DNA from: Desulfatibacillum sp.
Lineage (GTDB): Bacteria > Desulfobacterota > Desulfobacteria > Desulfobacterales > SpSt-501
DNA: 64,000 nt
Direction: 5' to 3'
Assembly: GCA_020725555.1 (NCBI GenBank)
Contig: DYEU01000005.1
Coordinates: forward strand, 1,756-65,755
Shown here: positions 1 to 9,064 of the stretch, piece after piece
Position numbering within the stretch: the stretch's first letter is position 1
How the letters are laid out: every line of letters begins with the position of its first letter
Notes under the pieces: model-generated
What the model was told of the DNA's origin: nothing
Database searches by the model: none
Seen by the model: the letters and a program-made list of their open reading frames with translations, nothing else
Translations under genes and position numbers: made by a program

Positions 1-979
1 GGGGGTCGCTGTCGAAGCCGACGATGAACCCCCCCTGGACCTGGAGTCCCGCGCGCTGCATGCTCTTCACGCTCGCCAGGAGGTCGCGGCGGTTCTGGGT
101 CTTGCGGCACTCCCGCAGGCTCTCGTCGGCCGGGGTTTCGATGCCGACGAAGACCGTGTTGAAGCCGGCCTGGACCATGAGCGCCATCAGCTCCGGGTCG
201 TCGGCGAGGTCGATCGAGACCTCGGTGTTGAAGGGCAGCCCCTTTTTCCCCCGGCGCCAGGCGATGAGGGCGGGAAGCAGCGCGGAGCGCAGGGAGGCGC
301 GGTTTCCGATGAGGTTGTCGTCCACGAAAAAGACCGGGCCCCGCCATCCCCGGCGGACGAGTTCGTCCAGTTCGGCGAGGACCTGGGCGGCGCTCTTCTG
401 CCGCGGCCGGTGGCCGAAGAGCGCGGTCACGTTGCAGAAGTCGCAGGAAAAGGGGCAGCCGCGCGAAAACTGGATGCTCAAGGTCGCATAGCGCCGCAGG
501 TCGATCAGGTCCCAGGCCGGCACGGGGGTCCGCTCGAGGGGGGGGAACCCCTCCGGGCGGTAGACCCGCTGCGGCTCCCCGCGCGCGAGATCCTCCAGGA
601 AGGGCGGCAGGGTCGCCTCGGCCTCCCCCAGGACCAGGTGGTCCGCCTGCGGGAAGGACTCCGGCTCGACCGTGAACAGCGGCCCGCCGCAGACCACCCG
701 CTTGCCGGCTCGGTGACCGCGGGCGATCACCTCTTCGGCCGAGCGGCGCTGCACGGCCATGGCGCCGATGAAGACGAGGTCCGCCCAGGCGAGATCCTCC
801 TCCTTGAGCGGCTCGACGTTGAGGTCGACGAGCCGTTTCGGCCAGGCCGCGGGCAGCATGGCGGCGACCGTGAGCAGTCCCAGGGGGGGGAGCGCGGCCC
901 GCTTGCGCACGAAGGGCAGCGCGTAGGCGAAGCTCCAGAACGTGGGGGGAAACGTGGGATAGACCAGCAGGGCCTTCAT
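1..979 (-). CDS. B12-binding domain radical SAM protein (3' end runs off the window)
   Basis: Read manually on the minus strand (absent from the ORF track): [17 protein letters not shown]...[12 protein letters not shown]...[11 protein letters not shown] (CxxxCxxC)...VDDNLIGN...FVGIET. Confidence 0.9.
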   Translation of the reverse strand, partial: MKALLVYPTFPPTFWSFAYALPFVRKRAALPPLGLLTVAAMLPAAWPKRLVDLNVEPLKEEDLAWADLVFIGAMAVQRRSAEEVIARGHRAGKRVVCGGPLFTVEPESFPQADHLVLGEAEATLPPFLEDLARGEPQRVYRPEGFPPLERTPVPAWDLIDLRRYATLSIQFSRGCPFSCDFCNVTALFGHRPRQKSAAQVLAELDELVRRGWRGPVFFVDDNLIGNRASLRSALLPALIAWRRGKKGLPFNTEVSIDLADDPELMALMVQAGFNTVFVGIETPADESLRECRKTQNRRDLLASVKSMQRAGLQVQGGFIVGFDSDP

Positions 980-1078
980 CGGTGATCGGTTCCTCGGCTG
1001 GGGGGAAGGGCGGATCCGGCCTGCGCGGCGTGGGGCGTCCGGAAACGCAAGGCCGACCCCGGACGCCGAAACGGAGTC

Positions 1079-1144
1079 AGCATACGCCGGATCGCCGGCG
1101 GTCGTCAAGAAGGTTCTTGACTTTCTTCGCCGTTCGGCTATGCT
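1079..1144. promoter_or_regulatory. Back-to-back sigma70-like promoters
   Basis: Plus strand TTGACT-N16-TATGCT (1117-1144); minus strand TTGACG-N18-TATGCT (1108-1079). Confidence 0.5.
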
Positions 1145-1179
1145 CGCGCGATTTTCCTTTCCCGAAAGGAGGGCTTGCC

Positions 1180-1752
1180 ATGAATGTCCGCTGGCTTCCC
1201 GCGCTCGGCGTCCTGGCCGCCGTCGCGCCCGCGGTCGCCGGGGAGGCGCCCCGGGTCGCGCTCGAGACCGACAAGGGCCGCATCGTGATCGAGCTCTACC
1301 CCGACAAGGCCCCGCGCACCGTCCGGAACTTTCTCGACTACGTCGATTCCGGCCACTACAACGGCACGATCTTTCACCGCGTGATCCCCGACTTCATGAT
1401 CCAGGGGGGCGGGCTCACCGTCTCCATGAAGGAAAAGCCCACCCGCGGCCCGATCCCGAACGAGGCCGACAACGGGCTGAAAAACCGCCGCGGCGCGATC
1501 GCCATGGCGCGCACGCAGGTCCCCGACAGCGCGACCGCCCAGTTCTTCATCAACACCGCCGACAACGACTTTCTCGACTTCAAGAGCCGGACCGTCCAGG
1601 GCTGGGGCTACGCCGTCTTCGGCCTCGTGGTGGAGGGGATGGAGGTCGTGGAGACGATCTCCCGCGTCAAGACCGGAAACCGCGCCGGCCACCAGGACGT
1701 CCCCGTCGACCCCGTGGTCATCCTCAAGGCCGAGCGGCTCGCCACCCCGTGA
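1180..1752 (+). CDS. ppiA: Cyclophilin-type peptidyl-prolyl isomerase with signal peptide
   Basis: [28 protein letters not shown] motifs; AAGGAGG RBS before ATG 1180; hydrophobic N-terminus. Confidence 0.93.
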   Translation: MNVRWLPALGVLAAVAPAVAGEAPRVALETDKGRIVIELYPDKAPRTVRNFLDYVDSGHYNGTIFHRVIPDFMIQGGGLTVSMKEKPTRGPIPNEADNGLKNRRGAIAMARTQVPDSATAQFFINTADNDFLDFKSRTVQGWGYAVFGLVVEGMEVVETISRVKTGNRAGHQDVPVDPVVILKAERLATP

Positions 1753-1797
1753 GCGAGCCCCCGCCGGACCCGGCCTGGAAGGAGCCCTTTGCCTGCC

Positions 1798-3099
1798 ATG
1801 ATCTACAACGAGGAATTTGAAACCCTGCCGCGCGAAGCCCTCGAGGCGATCCAGCTGCGGCGCCTGCGGGCGACCGTCGCCCGGGTCTACCACGCCGTCC
1901 CCTTCTACCGCCGCCGCTTCGACGAGGTCGGCGTGAAGCCCGACGACATCGGCTCGCTTGCCGATCTCGCGCGGCTTCCCTTCACCACGAAGGCCGACCT
2001 GCGCGACAACTACCCCTACGGCCTCTTCGCAGTACCGCTCGACAACGTGACCCGCATCCACGCCTCCTCGGGGACGACCGGCAAGCCGACCGTCGTGGGC
2101 TACACCGGCCGCGACGTCCAGACCTGGGCCGAACTCATGGCGCGCTCGCTCACCGCCGCCGGCGCGCGAAAAGAGGACATCGTCCACAACGCCTACGGCT
2201 ACGGGCTCTTCACCGGCGGCCTCGGCGTGCACTACGGCGCCGAGAAGCTGGGCGCCTCGGTCATCCCCGTCTCCGGCGGCAACACGCGGCGGCAGATCCT
2301 GATCATGAAGGACTTCGGCCCGACCATCCTCACCTGCACGCCGAGCTACGCCCTGCATCTCGCCGAGGCGGCCGAGGAGATGGGGGTGAGCTTTCGCGAG
2401 CTGCGCTTCAAGTCCGGCCTCTTCGGCGCCGAGCCCTGGTCCGAGCGGATGCGCGCGGAGATCGAGGAGCGGCTCCACCTCAAGGCCATGGACATCTACG
2501 GCCTGAGCGAGATCATGGGGCCGGGGGTGGCGGTCGAGTGCCTGGAGGCTCAGAGGGGCCTGCACGTCTTCGAGGACCACTTCATCCCCGAGATCGTCCA
2601 CCCCGAGACCGGGCAACCCCTGCCCTACGGGACGCCGGGGGAGCTCGTCTTCACGACGATCACCAAAGAGGCCTTTCCCCTCATCCGCTACCGCACGCGC
2701 GATCTCTCCTCGCTCCACCCCGAGCCCTGCCGCTGCGGCCGGACCCTCGTGCGCATGTCGCGCGTGCAGGGGCGAAGCGACGACATGCTGATCATCCGCG
2801 GGGTGAACGTCTTTCCCTCGCAGATCGAAAGCGTGATTCTGGAAACGCGGCGCTTCACCCCCCACTACCAGCTCGTCGTGGAGCGCGTGGACAACCTCGA
2901 TCGCCTCACGGTCCTGGTGGAGATGCAGCCGGAGCTCTTCTCCGATGCGATCAAGAACCTGCAGGCCCTCGAGCGCGAGCTCGAGGGGGCCATCCGCGAA
3001 ACGCTCGGGGTCACGGTGCGCGTGCGCCTGGTCGAGCCGAAGACCCTCCAGCGCAGCGAGGGCAAGGCGGCCCGGGTGATCGACAAGCGCCGGCTTTAG
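1798..3099 (+). CDS. paaK: Phenylacetate-CoA ligase family protein
   Basis: [48 protein letters not shown]. Confidence 0.92.
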   Translation: MIYNEEFETLPREALEAIQLRRLRATVARVYHAVPFYRRRFDEVGVKPDDIGSLADLARLPFTTKADLRDNYPYGLFAVPLDNVTRIHASSGTTGKPTVVGYTGRDVQTWAELMARSLTAAGARKEDIVHNAYGYGLFTGGLGVHYGAEKLGASVIPVSGGNTRRQILIMKDFGPTILTCTPSYALHLAEAAEEMGVSFRELRFKSGLFGAEPWSERMRAEIEERLHLKAMDIYGLSEIMGPGVAVECLEAQRGLHVFEDHFIPEIVHPETGQPLPYGTPGELVFTTITKEAFPLIRYRTRDLSSLHPEPCRCGRTLVRMSRVQGRSDDMLIIRGVNVFPSQIESVILETRRFTPHYQLVVERVDNLDRLTVLVEMQPELFSDAIKNLQALERELEGAIRETLGVTVRVRLVEPKTLQRSEGKAARVIDKRRL

Positions 3100-3122
3100 G
3101 GGGGCGCCGCAAGGAGGCTTCG

Positions 3123-3554
3123 ATGAACGTGGAGCAGATCTCGATCTTTCTCGAAAACCAGCCGGGGCGACTGGCCGAGGTGACCCGCCTCTTCGAAGAG
3201 GGCGGGATCAACATCCGGGCGCTCGCGCTCGCCGACACCTCCGAGTTCGGCATCCTGCGCCTGATCGTCAACGACAACGAGAAGGCACGGGAACTCCTCA
3301 AGAACCACGGCTACGCCGTGGGCGTGACCGAGGTGGTCGCGGTCGAGGTCGAGGACCGGCCGGGGGGCCTGCACCGCATCCTCACCGTGCTCGCCCGCCG
3401 GGGGATCAACGTGGAGTACATGTACGCCTTCGTGCGCCAGAGCGGCCGGAACGCGGTCATGATTTTCCGCTTCGACGACATTGCGGCCGCCGTGGGGGCG
3501 CTGGCGGAAGCCGGCATCCGGGTGATCGCGGGCGCCGAGCTCTACGCGATGTGA
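3123..3554 (+). CDS. Double ACT-domain protein (usual paaK neighbour)
   Basis: [21 protein letters not shown]...VEDRPGGL...NVEYMYAF; AAGGAGG RBS. Confidence 0.88.
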   Translation: MNVEQISIFLENQPGRLAEVTRLFEEGGINIRALALADTSEFGILRLIVNDNEKARELLKNHGYAVGVTEVVAVEVEDRPGGLHRILTVLARRGINVEYMYAFVRQSGRNAVMIFRFDDIAAAVGALAEAGIRVIAGAELYAM

Positions 3555-3590
3555 CCCGCGGGAAACCCGGCGCCCGCCGCCTCGGCCCCT

Positions 3591-5057
3591 TCAGAAAAAT
3601 CGATCCTGCAGCCCGAAGGGGTCCTTGAACTCGAGGGACGGATCGAAGCGCAGTTTTTTCTCCCCGCGCTGGTCCACGTACTTGAGAATCTCGAGATCGA
3701 CCTTCAGGGGAACCTCCACCCCCGCCTTCGCGAGCGCCTGGCGCAGATAGGCCTCGGCGCGGGTGCCGAAGGCGATCGCATCGCCCAGGATCCGCAAGCC
3801 CTCCGGCGGGTTGTGGAAGCCGACCGAGTTCTCCGCCCCCATGAATACCGTCCGGTAAAACGCCTCCTCGTAGAACTCCTTCGCCCGGTCGTAAAGGGCG
3901 GCGTCGATCGTCTTCCCCTCCGCCCGGGCCCGGTGCGCCGTCTCGAAGAGCTTCGCCACGGTCGCGCACTGGTAGCCCGCACGGATCAGGATCGACACCG
4001 TGCGGTCCTGGATCGAAAAGACCCGGTCCCGCAGCCACTGCGGGCTCTGGGCGTGGCACTGCTTGCAGGCCTTCATGTCCGCCTGGACGGGGCTCATCAC
4101 GCGGTGGTCGGAGACCTTGTGCACGCCGACCACGGTATAGGGCATGTGGCAATCGGCGCAGGAGGCGCCGGCCCGGAAATGGGTGCTTTGGTTCGTCCAG
4201 AACTCGTACTCCGGGTGCCGGATGAAGGCCATGCGGAAGCCGGTGACCGCCTGCTTCCATTCCAGGACCCGCGGGTCGCTGCGGATCTGCGCGATGATGG
4301 CCTCGATCGTGATCGCGCCGTAGTTCCCCTTCTGCCACGGGAAGTAGAGCCCGACCGATTGGCCTTCGGCGTCCTTGGGGATGTTGTAGGTCACGTGGCA
4401 TTGCGCGCAGACCGCCGAGCGCATCTCCTGGCGGGTGAGGCGGCCGGGGTCGACCCCCATCGCCCGGAAGGCCTCGAGCAGGGTGAAGCCGCGGGAGATG
4501 CGCAGGCCCATGTCGCGGTGGTCGTGGCAATCGATGCAGGCCACGCCGAGATCCCGGTTCTTCTCGGGGATCTTCGCCAGGACCTCCCGGAAGGGCTTGC
4601 GGTAGTAATCGGTCCCCAGCTCCTTCTGCAGCCCGGGGGCGTAGGGGCTCTTGCAGCTCAGGCAGACGCCGCCTGCGCCGAGGCGGGAGGAGTCGATCTC
4701 CAGCTGGTCCCGGACCATGTAGGCGTGCCCGCGGGGCTCGTTGTATTCGATGCCGAAGCCCCAGCCGTTGAAGAGGAGCGCCATGAAGGGGAAATGCGAC
4801 AGCTTGTCCATCGTCACCGGGCCGCTGTCCATGCCGGTCTTGTACTTGCTGCGGCGGGCGGAAATCGGCTCCTCGGTTTTTTTCCAGAGCTCGTATTCCT
4901 CGGGGTAGGCCTTGCCCCAGACCGCCGGGTCGATCTCGTTGTCGGGGATGGTCACCGTCTGCCGCGGCTGCGGCGCGGGAGGGGTGCAGGCGGCCGGGGC
5001 CAGGGCGAGGACCCCGGCCAGGAAGTACGCCAAGCCTCGGGCCAGCGACGGGTTCAT
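3591..5057 (-). CDS. nrfA: Ammonia-forming cytochrome c nitrite reductase NrfA
   Basis: CLSCK (CxxCK) plus four CxxCH (CIDCH, CAQCH, CADCH, CKQCH); YNEPRGH; AENSVGFHNP; lipoprotein-like signal. Confidence 0.95.
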   Translation of the reverse strand: MNPSLARGLAYFLAGVLALAPAACTPPAPQPRQTVTIPDNEIDPAVWGKAYPEEYELWKKTEEPISARRSKYKTGMDSGPVTMDKLSHFPFMALLFNGWGFGIEYNEPRGHAYMVRDQLEIDSSRLGAGGVCLSCKSPYAPGLQKELGTDYYRKPFREVLAKIPEKNRDLGVACIDCHDHRDMGLRISRGFTLLEAFRAMGVDPGRLTRQEMRSAVCAQCHVTYNIPKDAEGQSVGLYFPWQKGNYGAITIEAIIAQIRSDPRVLEWKQAVTGFRMAFIRHPEYEFWTNQSTHFRAGASCADCHMPYTVVGVHKVSDHRVMSPVQADMKACKQCHAQSPQWLRDRVFSIQDRTVSILIRAGYQCATVAKLFETAHRARAEGKTIDAALYDRAKEFYEEAFYRTVFMGAENSVGFHNPPEGLRILGDAIAFGTRAEAYLRQALAKAGVEVPLKVDLEILKYVDQRGEKKLRFDPSLEFKDPFGLQDRFF

Positions 5058-5079
5058 GGGTCTCTCCTCCTCGGCGGGT

Positions 5080-5544
5080 TCAGTTCGTCAGACGCACGCC
5101 GGCCAGGTGATGCTGCAGAAAGCGGTGGCACTCCCAGCAATCCCGGCTGCGGTCGATGCGCGCGACACGCTCGCCGTGGCAGCGGATGCAGTTTCGCTGC
5201 ACGAAGCGGCGGCCGCGATCGGAAAGGCGGATCGTCTCCGGGGTTTGGCCGGAGTAGAAGACGACGACGTCCTTGAGGCCGTCCAGGGATTTCCAGAGGA
5301 CATACGCGGGGAGGTTCTCGTGCGGCAGGTGGCAGTCGACGCACCGGATCGTGCGGTGCGCCCCCACCTGGAACCAGGCCTCGAACTGCGACGCCATCAC
5401 GTGGCAGGAGCCGCAAAAGAGGGGGGTCTCGGTGCGGGCCAGGAGCTGGGGGGGGCCGAAGGCAAGAAAGAGGCCGCCCGATCCCAGAACCGCAAGAAGC
5501 AGCGCCGGCTTCCAAAACGATCGCATCGTCCGCAGGAGGGCCAT
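5080..5544 (-). CDS. nrfH: Tetraheme NapC/NirT-family cytochrome NrfH
   Basis: N-terminal TM helix, four CxxCH motifs, CVDCHLPH; directly upstream of nrfA. Confidence 0.93.
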   Translation of the reverse strand: MALLRTMRSFWKPALLLAVLGSGGLFLAFGPPQLLARTETPLFCGSCHVMASQFEAWFQVGAHRTIRCVDCHLPHENLPAYVLWKSLDGLKDVVVFYSGQTPETIRLSDRGRRFVQRNCIRCHGERVARIDRSRDCWECHRFLQHHLAGVRLTN

Positions 5545-5651
5545 CGCCGGATTCCCCCGCTGACCCTTCGCCGGAAGACGAAGGGGAAGAGCTGCGCCCA
5601 GGGCCTTGCCGCCCCGCGGGCCCTTTCTATCCGCATGCGCCGCGAACGCAA

Positions 5652-5665
5652 TTGACTTAAGTCAA
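5652..5665. promoter_or_regulatory. CRP/FNR-family-like operator upstream of nrfHA
   Basis: Perfect palindrome TTGAC-TTAA-GTCAA about 108 bp upstream of nrfH; resembles FNR consensus TTGAT-N4-ATCAA. Confidence 0.55.
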
Positions 5666-5699
5666 GAGCGACAGGGCCCGCCGGTCCGGCGCCCGCGGC

Positions 5700-5987
5700 T
5701 TACCGAATCCTGTAGCGGGGGGGCTCGATGCGGGAGCGGCGGCAGCGGGGGCAGCGCCCCGGCCGGGTGAGGCGCCGGCGCTCCTCGAAGACGAAGCCGC
5801 AGAGCAGGCACTGGCTGGGGATCAGCGTGAACCGTTCGCCCGCGCCGGACGCCGTGCGCGCCACGTGCTCGAGATGAGCGAGCACCTCGGCTTCGCGGAT
5901 GCCGAGCGCGCGGGAGAGCTCGCGGGCGCCCATCTCCTGCCCGCGCAGCAATTCGAGGATCCGGCGCCGCAGGGTCATCGGCTCCAT
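5700..5987 (-). CDS. Small HTH plus Zn-ribbon predicted transcriptional regulator
   Basis: MTLRRRILELLRGQEMGARELSRALGI...CLLCGFVF...CPRCRR; start at 5987 or 5978. Confidence 0.8.
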   Translation of the reverse strand: MEPMTLRRRILELLRGQEMGARELSRALGIREAEVLAHLEHVARTASGAGERFTLIPSQCLLCGFVFEERRRLTRPGRCPRCRRSRIEPPRYRIR

Positions 5988-7021
5988 GGCGTCCCGCCCT
6001 CCCCCCGCTCCGCCGGCGGGGGGATCTCCTTCTTGATCAGGCAGCAGCCGATGCGGTAGGCGGGTGTTCCCTCCGGCGTGTAGCGCAGCGTGTCGGGCTG
6101 CACGAGACGGTTCATCACGCAGCCCTCGGGGATCTCGAGGGCGAAGAGATCCCGCTCGTTGAGCGACGGCCGCTCCTCCAGGCGGTCCTGGCGGAAGACG
6201 AGGCTGTGGATCGGGTAATCCGCGCCGAGAGGGCAGCGGTAGACGCGGCCGTTGGGGAAGACGAAATGGTTGTCGGCGGTGCGGCCGGCGCACACAAAAG
6301 GCTCGCCCGGATCGAGGAACACCTGGGGGGCGACCACGCGGATGCCGCGCGCGGCGATCGCAGCCGCGGCGGCGGGGACGCGCGCCCGCCACTGCTCCGG
6401 GGAGAGGCGCAGGCCGGCCCCCCCCCTCGGCGCGGCCGCGGCGGCCCGGCCCCGCAGCCCGAGCACCTGGAGAAAGAGGCGCGCAACCCCGAGCTTCTCC
6501 AGAAGCGGCCCCAGGGCGTCGAGCTCGCCCGCGTTCGCGGTCGAGACGGTGAAAATGAGGCTGGCGGCGAAACCGCGCGCCCGGGCCTTGCGGATGCCCT
6601 CGAGGCAGGTTGCCCAGGACCCCTTGCCCCGCAGGCGGTCGTTCGTCTCCGGGGCGGCGCCGTCGAGGCTGAAGCTGAAGGCGTCCACCTCGCCGGGTTC
6701 GAGCGCTTCGAGGATGTCGTGGAACAGGTAGCCGTTGGTGTCGATCGTGACGCTCGCGTAGCCCAGGCGGCGCGCGGCGCGGACGACGCGCGGCAGATCC
6801 GGGTGCAGCGTCGGCTCCCCTCCCAGGAGAACGAGGTTCGCCCCCGGGGAGCGCTCGGCCAGCACCGCGAGCCAGCGCTCGATGCGCTCGGCCGGAAGCC
6901 GCCTCCGGCCGTGGGCCGCGGGGTTGATGTAGCAGTAGCGGCAGCGCAGGTTGCAGCGCGTGAGCACGTGGAAGAAGACGTTTGCGGCGCGGGCCGAGAA
7001 ATCAACCGTCGCGTCGGGCAT
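5975..7021 (-). CDS. Radical SAM protein, function unknown
   Basis: CNLRCRYC, GGEPTL, DTNG, FSLDG, C-terminal NGRVYRC. Confidence 0.88.
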   Translation of the reverse strand: MPDATVDFSARAANVFFHVLTRCNLRCRYCYINPAAHGRRRLPAERIERWLAVLAERSPGANLVLLGGEPTLHPDLPRVVRAARRLGYASVTIDTNGYLFHDILEALEPGEVDAFSFSLDGAAPETNDRLRGKGSWATCLEGIRKARARGFAASLIFTVSTANAGELDALGPLLEKLGVARLFLQVLGLRGRAAAAAPRGGAGLRLSPEQWRARVPAAAAAIAARGIRVVAPQVFLDPGEPFVCAGRTADNHFVFPNGRVYRCPLGADYPIHSLVFRQDRLEERPSLNERDLFALEIPEGCVMNRLVQPDTLRYTPEGTPAYRIGCCLIKKEIPPPAERGEGGTPWSR

Positions 7022-7520
7022 GGAGAAGATCCCGGATCCGTTTCTTCGCCTCGGCGAGTTCGCGGTTCGCCACGCGCAGGCGCATCGCGAGGTACTCGGC
7101 GAAGATGCGGTGGAGCAGCAACAGAAAATCGAGGCGTTCCTCCTCGCTTGCCGTCCCCGCGAGGCGGTCGCGGGCCGCGGTGTTCACCGCGAGGCAGACC
7201 GTGCGGCCGAGCGCCACGGCCGAGGCCGAGCGCCGGCCGGCGTCGATCAGGCGCATCTCGCCGAAGAGTTCACCCTTCGTTGCCACCCGGCCGATCTCCT
7301 GGCCGTCCTTGAGGATGCGCACCCGGCCGGAGAGCAGGACGTAGAGCCAGGGGTCGCGGTCGCCCTCGCGGATGATTTCCTCGCCGTCGGCGTACTCGCG
7401 GATGCGGCTGAGCTTGAGCAGCCTCCCCAGGCTGCGCGTCTCGAAGCGGCGCAGCGTCGGCAGCTCGAGCAGCCGGCGGATGTTCTCGATGTTGTCCTGG
7501 AGGTACTTCGATTCGATCAT
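7002..7520 (-). CDS. Stand-alone cyclic nucleotide-binding domain protein
   Basis: IIREGD...YVLLSGRVRI...GELFGEMRLID...RSASAVA. Confidence 0.85.
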   Translation of the reverse strand: MIESKYLQDNIENIRRLLELPTLRRFETRSLGRLLKLSRIREYADGEEIIREGDRDPWLYVLLSGRVRILKDGQEIGRVATKGELFGEMRLIDAGRRSASAVALGRTVCLAVNTAARDRLAGTASEEERLDFLLLLHRIFAEYLAMRLRVANRELAEAKKRIRDLLHARRDG

Positions 7521-7615
7521 GGCCGCCCTCTCCGCGCCCCGCGGGCCGACCGCCCCCGCGTCGTCTTCTCATTTTATCCCGGGTTTGGCGGGCCGGCAAG
7601 GCGGCCGTGGCGGCC

Positions 7616-9064
7616 TCAGGGGCCTTCGAGGCACCCCTTGGAGAGGCTCTCCTCGAAGGCGACGGGGTAGCTGCCGTCGAAGCAGGCCTTGCAGAAGCGC
7701 TCCCCGGCTTGGGGGTCCCCGGTCGCGGCGAGCAGCCCCTCGATCGTGAGGTAGTGCAGGCTGTCCAGGCCGAGGAGCCCGCGCAGCTCCTCCTGGCTTC
7801 GGCCCGCGGCGACGAGCTCGCCGCGCGTCGAGAAGTCGATCCCGTAGTGGCAGGGAAAGCGGTGGGGCGGCCCGGAGATGCGCATGTGGACCCGCTTCAC
7901 GCCCAGTTCCCGGAGCGCCCGCACGCGGGTCTTCACCGTGGTGCCGCGGATGATCGAGTCGTCGACGATGACGATCTCCTTGCCCTGCAGCAGCTCCTTC
8001 ACAGGGTTCAGCTTCACCCGCGAGCCGAAGTCGCGCATGCTCTGGGTGGGCTGGATGAAGGTTCGTCCGACGTAGTGGTTGCGGATCATGCCGAGCTCGA
8101 AGGGAAGCCCGGCGGCCTGGGCGTAGCCGATCGCGGCGTAGGTGCCCGAGTCCGGGAAGGGCATCACGAAATCGGCCGGCGCCGGGGCCTCCTCGGCGAG
8201 CTTGCGGCCGAAGGCCTTGCGGACGAGGTAGACGGTCCGGCCGTCGAGGAGGCTGTCGGGCCGGGCGAAATAGATGAACTCGAAGATGCAGAGCGCCCGG
8301 CGCGGGGCGGGCGGGACGCGCAGGCTGCGGATCCCGTCGCCGTCCAGGATCACGATCTCGCCGGGTTCGACCTCGCGCACGAACTCCGCCTGCACGAGGT
8401 CGAGGGCGCAGGATTCGCTCGCCAGCACGAAGTGCCCGTTGATCCGCCCCAGGCAGAGCGGCCGGAAGCCGTACGGGTCGCGGATGCCGACGAGTTCGCC
8501 GCGGCTGGTGAGCATGACGAAGCAGAAGGCCCCCTCCAGCCGCTGCACGGTGCGGAGCAGGGCCTCCTCGAAGCCGTACCGCAGGTTCTTCACGAACAGG
8601 TGCAGCATGATCTCGCTGTCCATGGTGGACTGGAAGATCGAGCCCGCCTGTTCGAGTTCCTCCTTGAGGGTGGGGGCGTTGGTGATGTTGCCGTTGTGGG
8701 CGACGGCGTAGGCTTTCCGCCGGTGCCGCACCACGAAGGGCTGGGCGTTCATGAGGATCGAGCTGCCCGTCGTGGAGTAGCGCACGTGGCCGATGGCGCA
8801 GGGGCCCTGGAGCTCCTCGAGGTGGTCGACATCGAAGACCTCGTGGACGAGCCCCATGCCGCGGTGGGCGGTGAGGCAGCCCTCGTTCACGGCGGCGATG
8901 CCCGCGCTCTCCTGGCCCCGGTGCTGCAGGGCGTAGAGCCCGAAATAGGTGAGGGCGGCGGCGTCGGGATGCCCGCAGATGCCGAAGACCCCGCAGGACT
9001 CCCGCGGGGTTTCGTCCTCCCCGAAGGACCCGGGGCCGCCGCCGGCTTCAGTCAAGCGGGTCAT
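7616..9064 (-). CDS. purF: Amidophosphoribosyltransferase
   Basis: ESCGVFG, LQHRGQESAGI, GHVRYST, FEFIYFARPDS, VDDSIIRGTT, CHYGIDF; start set at ATG 9064. Confidence 0.95.
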   Translation of the reverse strand: MTRLTEAGGGPGSFGEDETPRESCGVFGICGHPDAAALTYFGLYALQHRGQESAGIAAVNEGCLTAHRGMGLVHEVFDVDHLEELQGPCAIGHVRYSTTGSSILMNAQPFVVRHRRKAYAVAHNGNITNAPTLKEELEQAGSIFQSTMDSEIMLHLFVKNLRYGFEEALLRTVQRLEGAFCFVMLTSRGELVGIRDPYGFRPLCLGRINGHFVLASESCALDLVQAEFVREVEPGEIVILDGDGIRSLRVPPAPRRALCIFEFIYFARPDSLLDGRTVYLVRKAFGRKLAEEAPAPADFVMPFPDSGTYAAIGYAQAAGLPFELGMIRNHYVGRTFIQPTQSMRDFGSRVKLNPVKELLQGKEIVIVDDSIIRGTTVKTRVRALRELGVKRVHMRISGPPHRFPCHYGIDFSTRGELVAAGRSQEELRGLLGLDSLHYLTIEGLLAATGDPQAGERFCKACFDGSYPVAFEESLSKGCLEGP

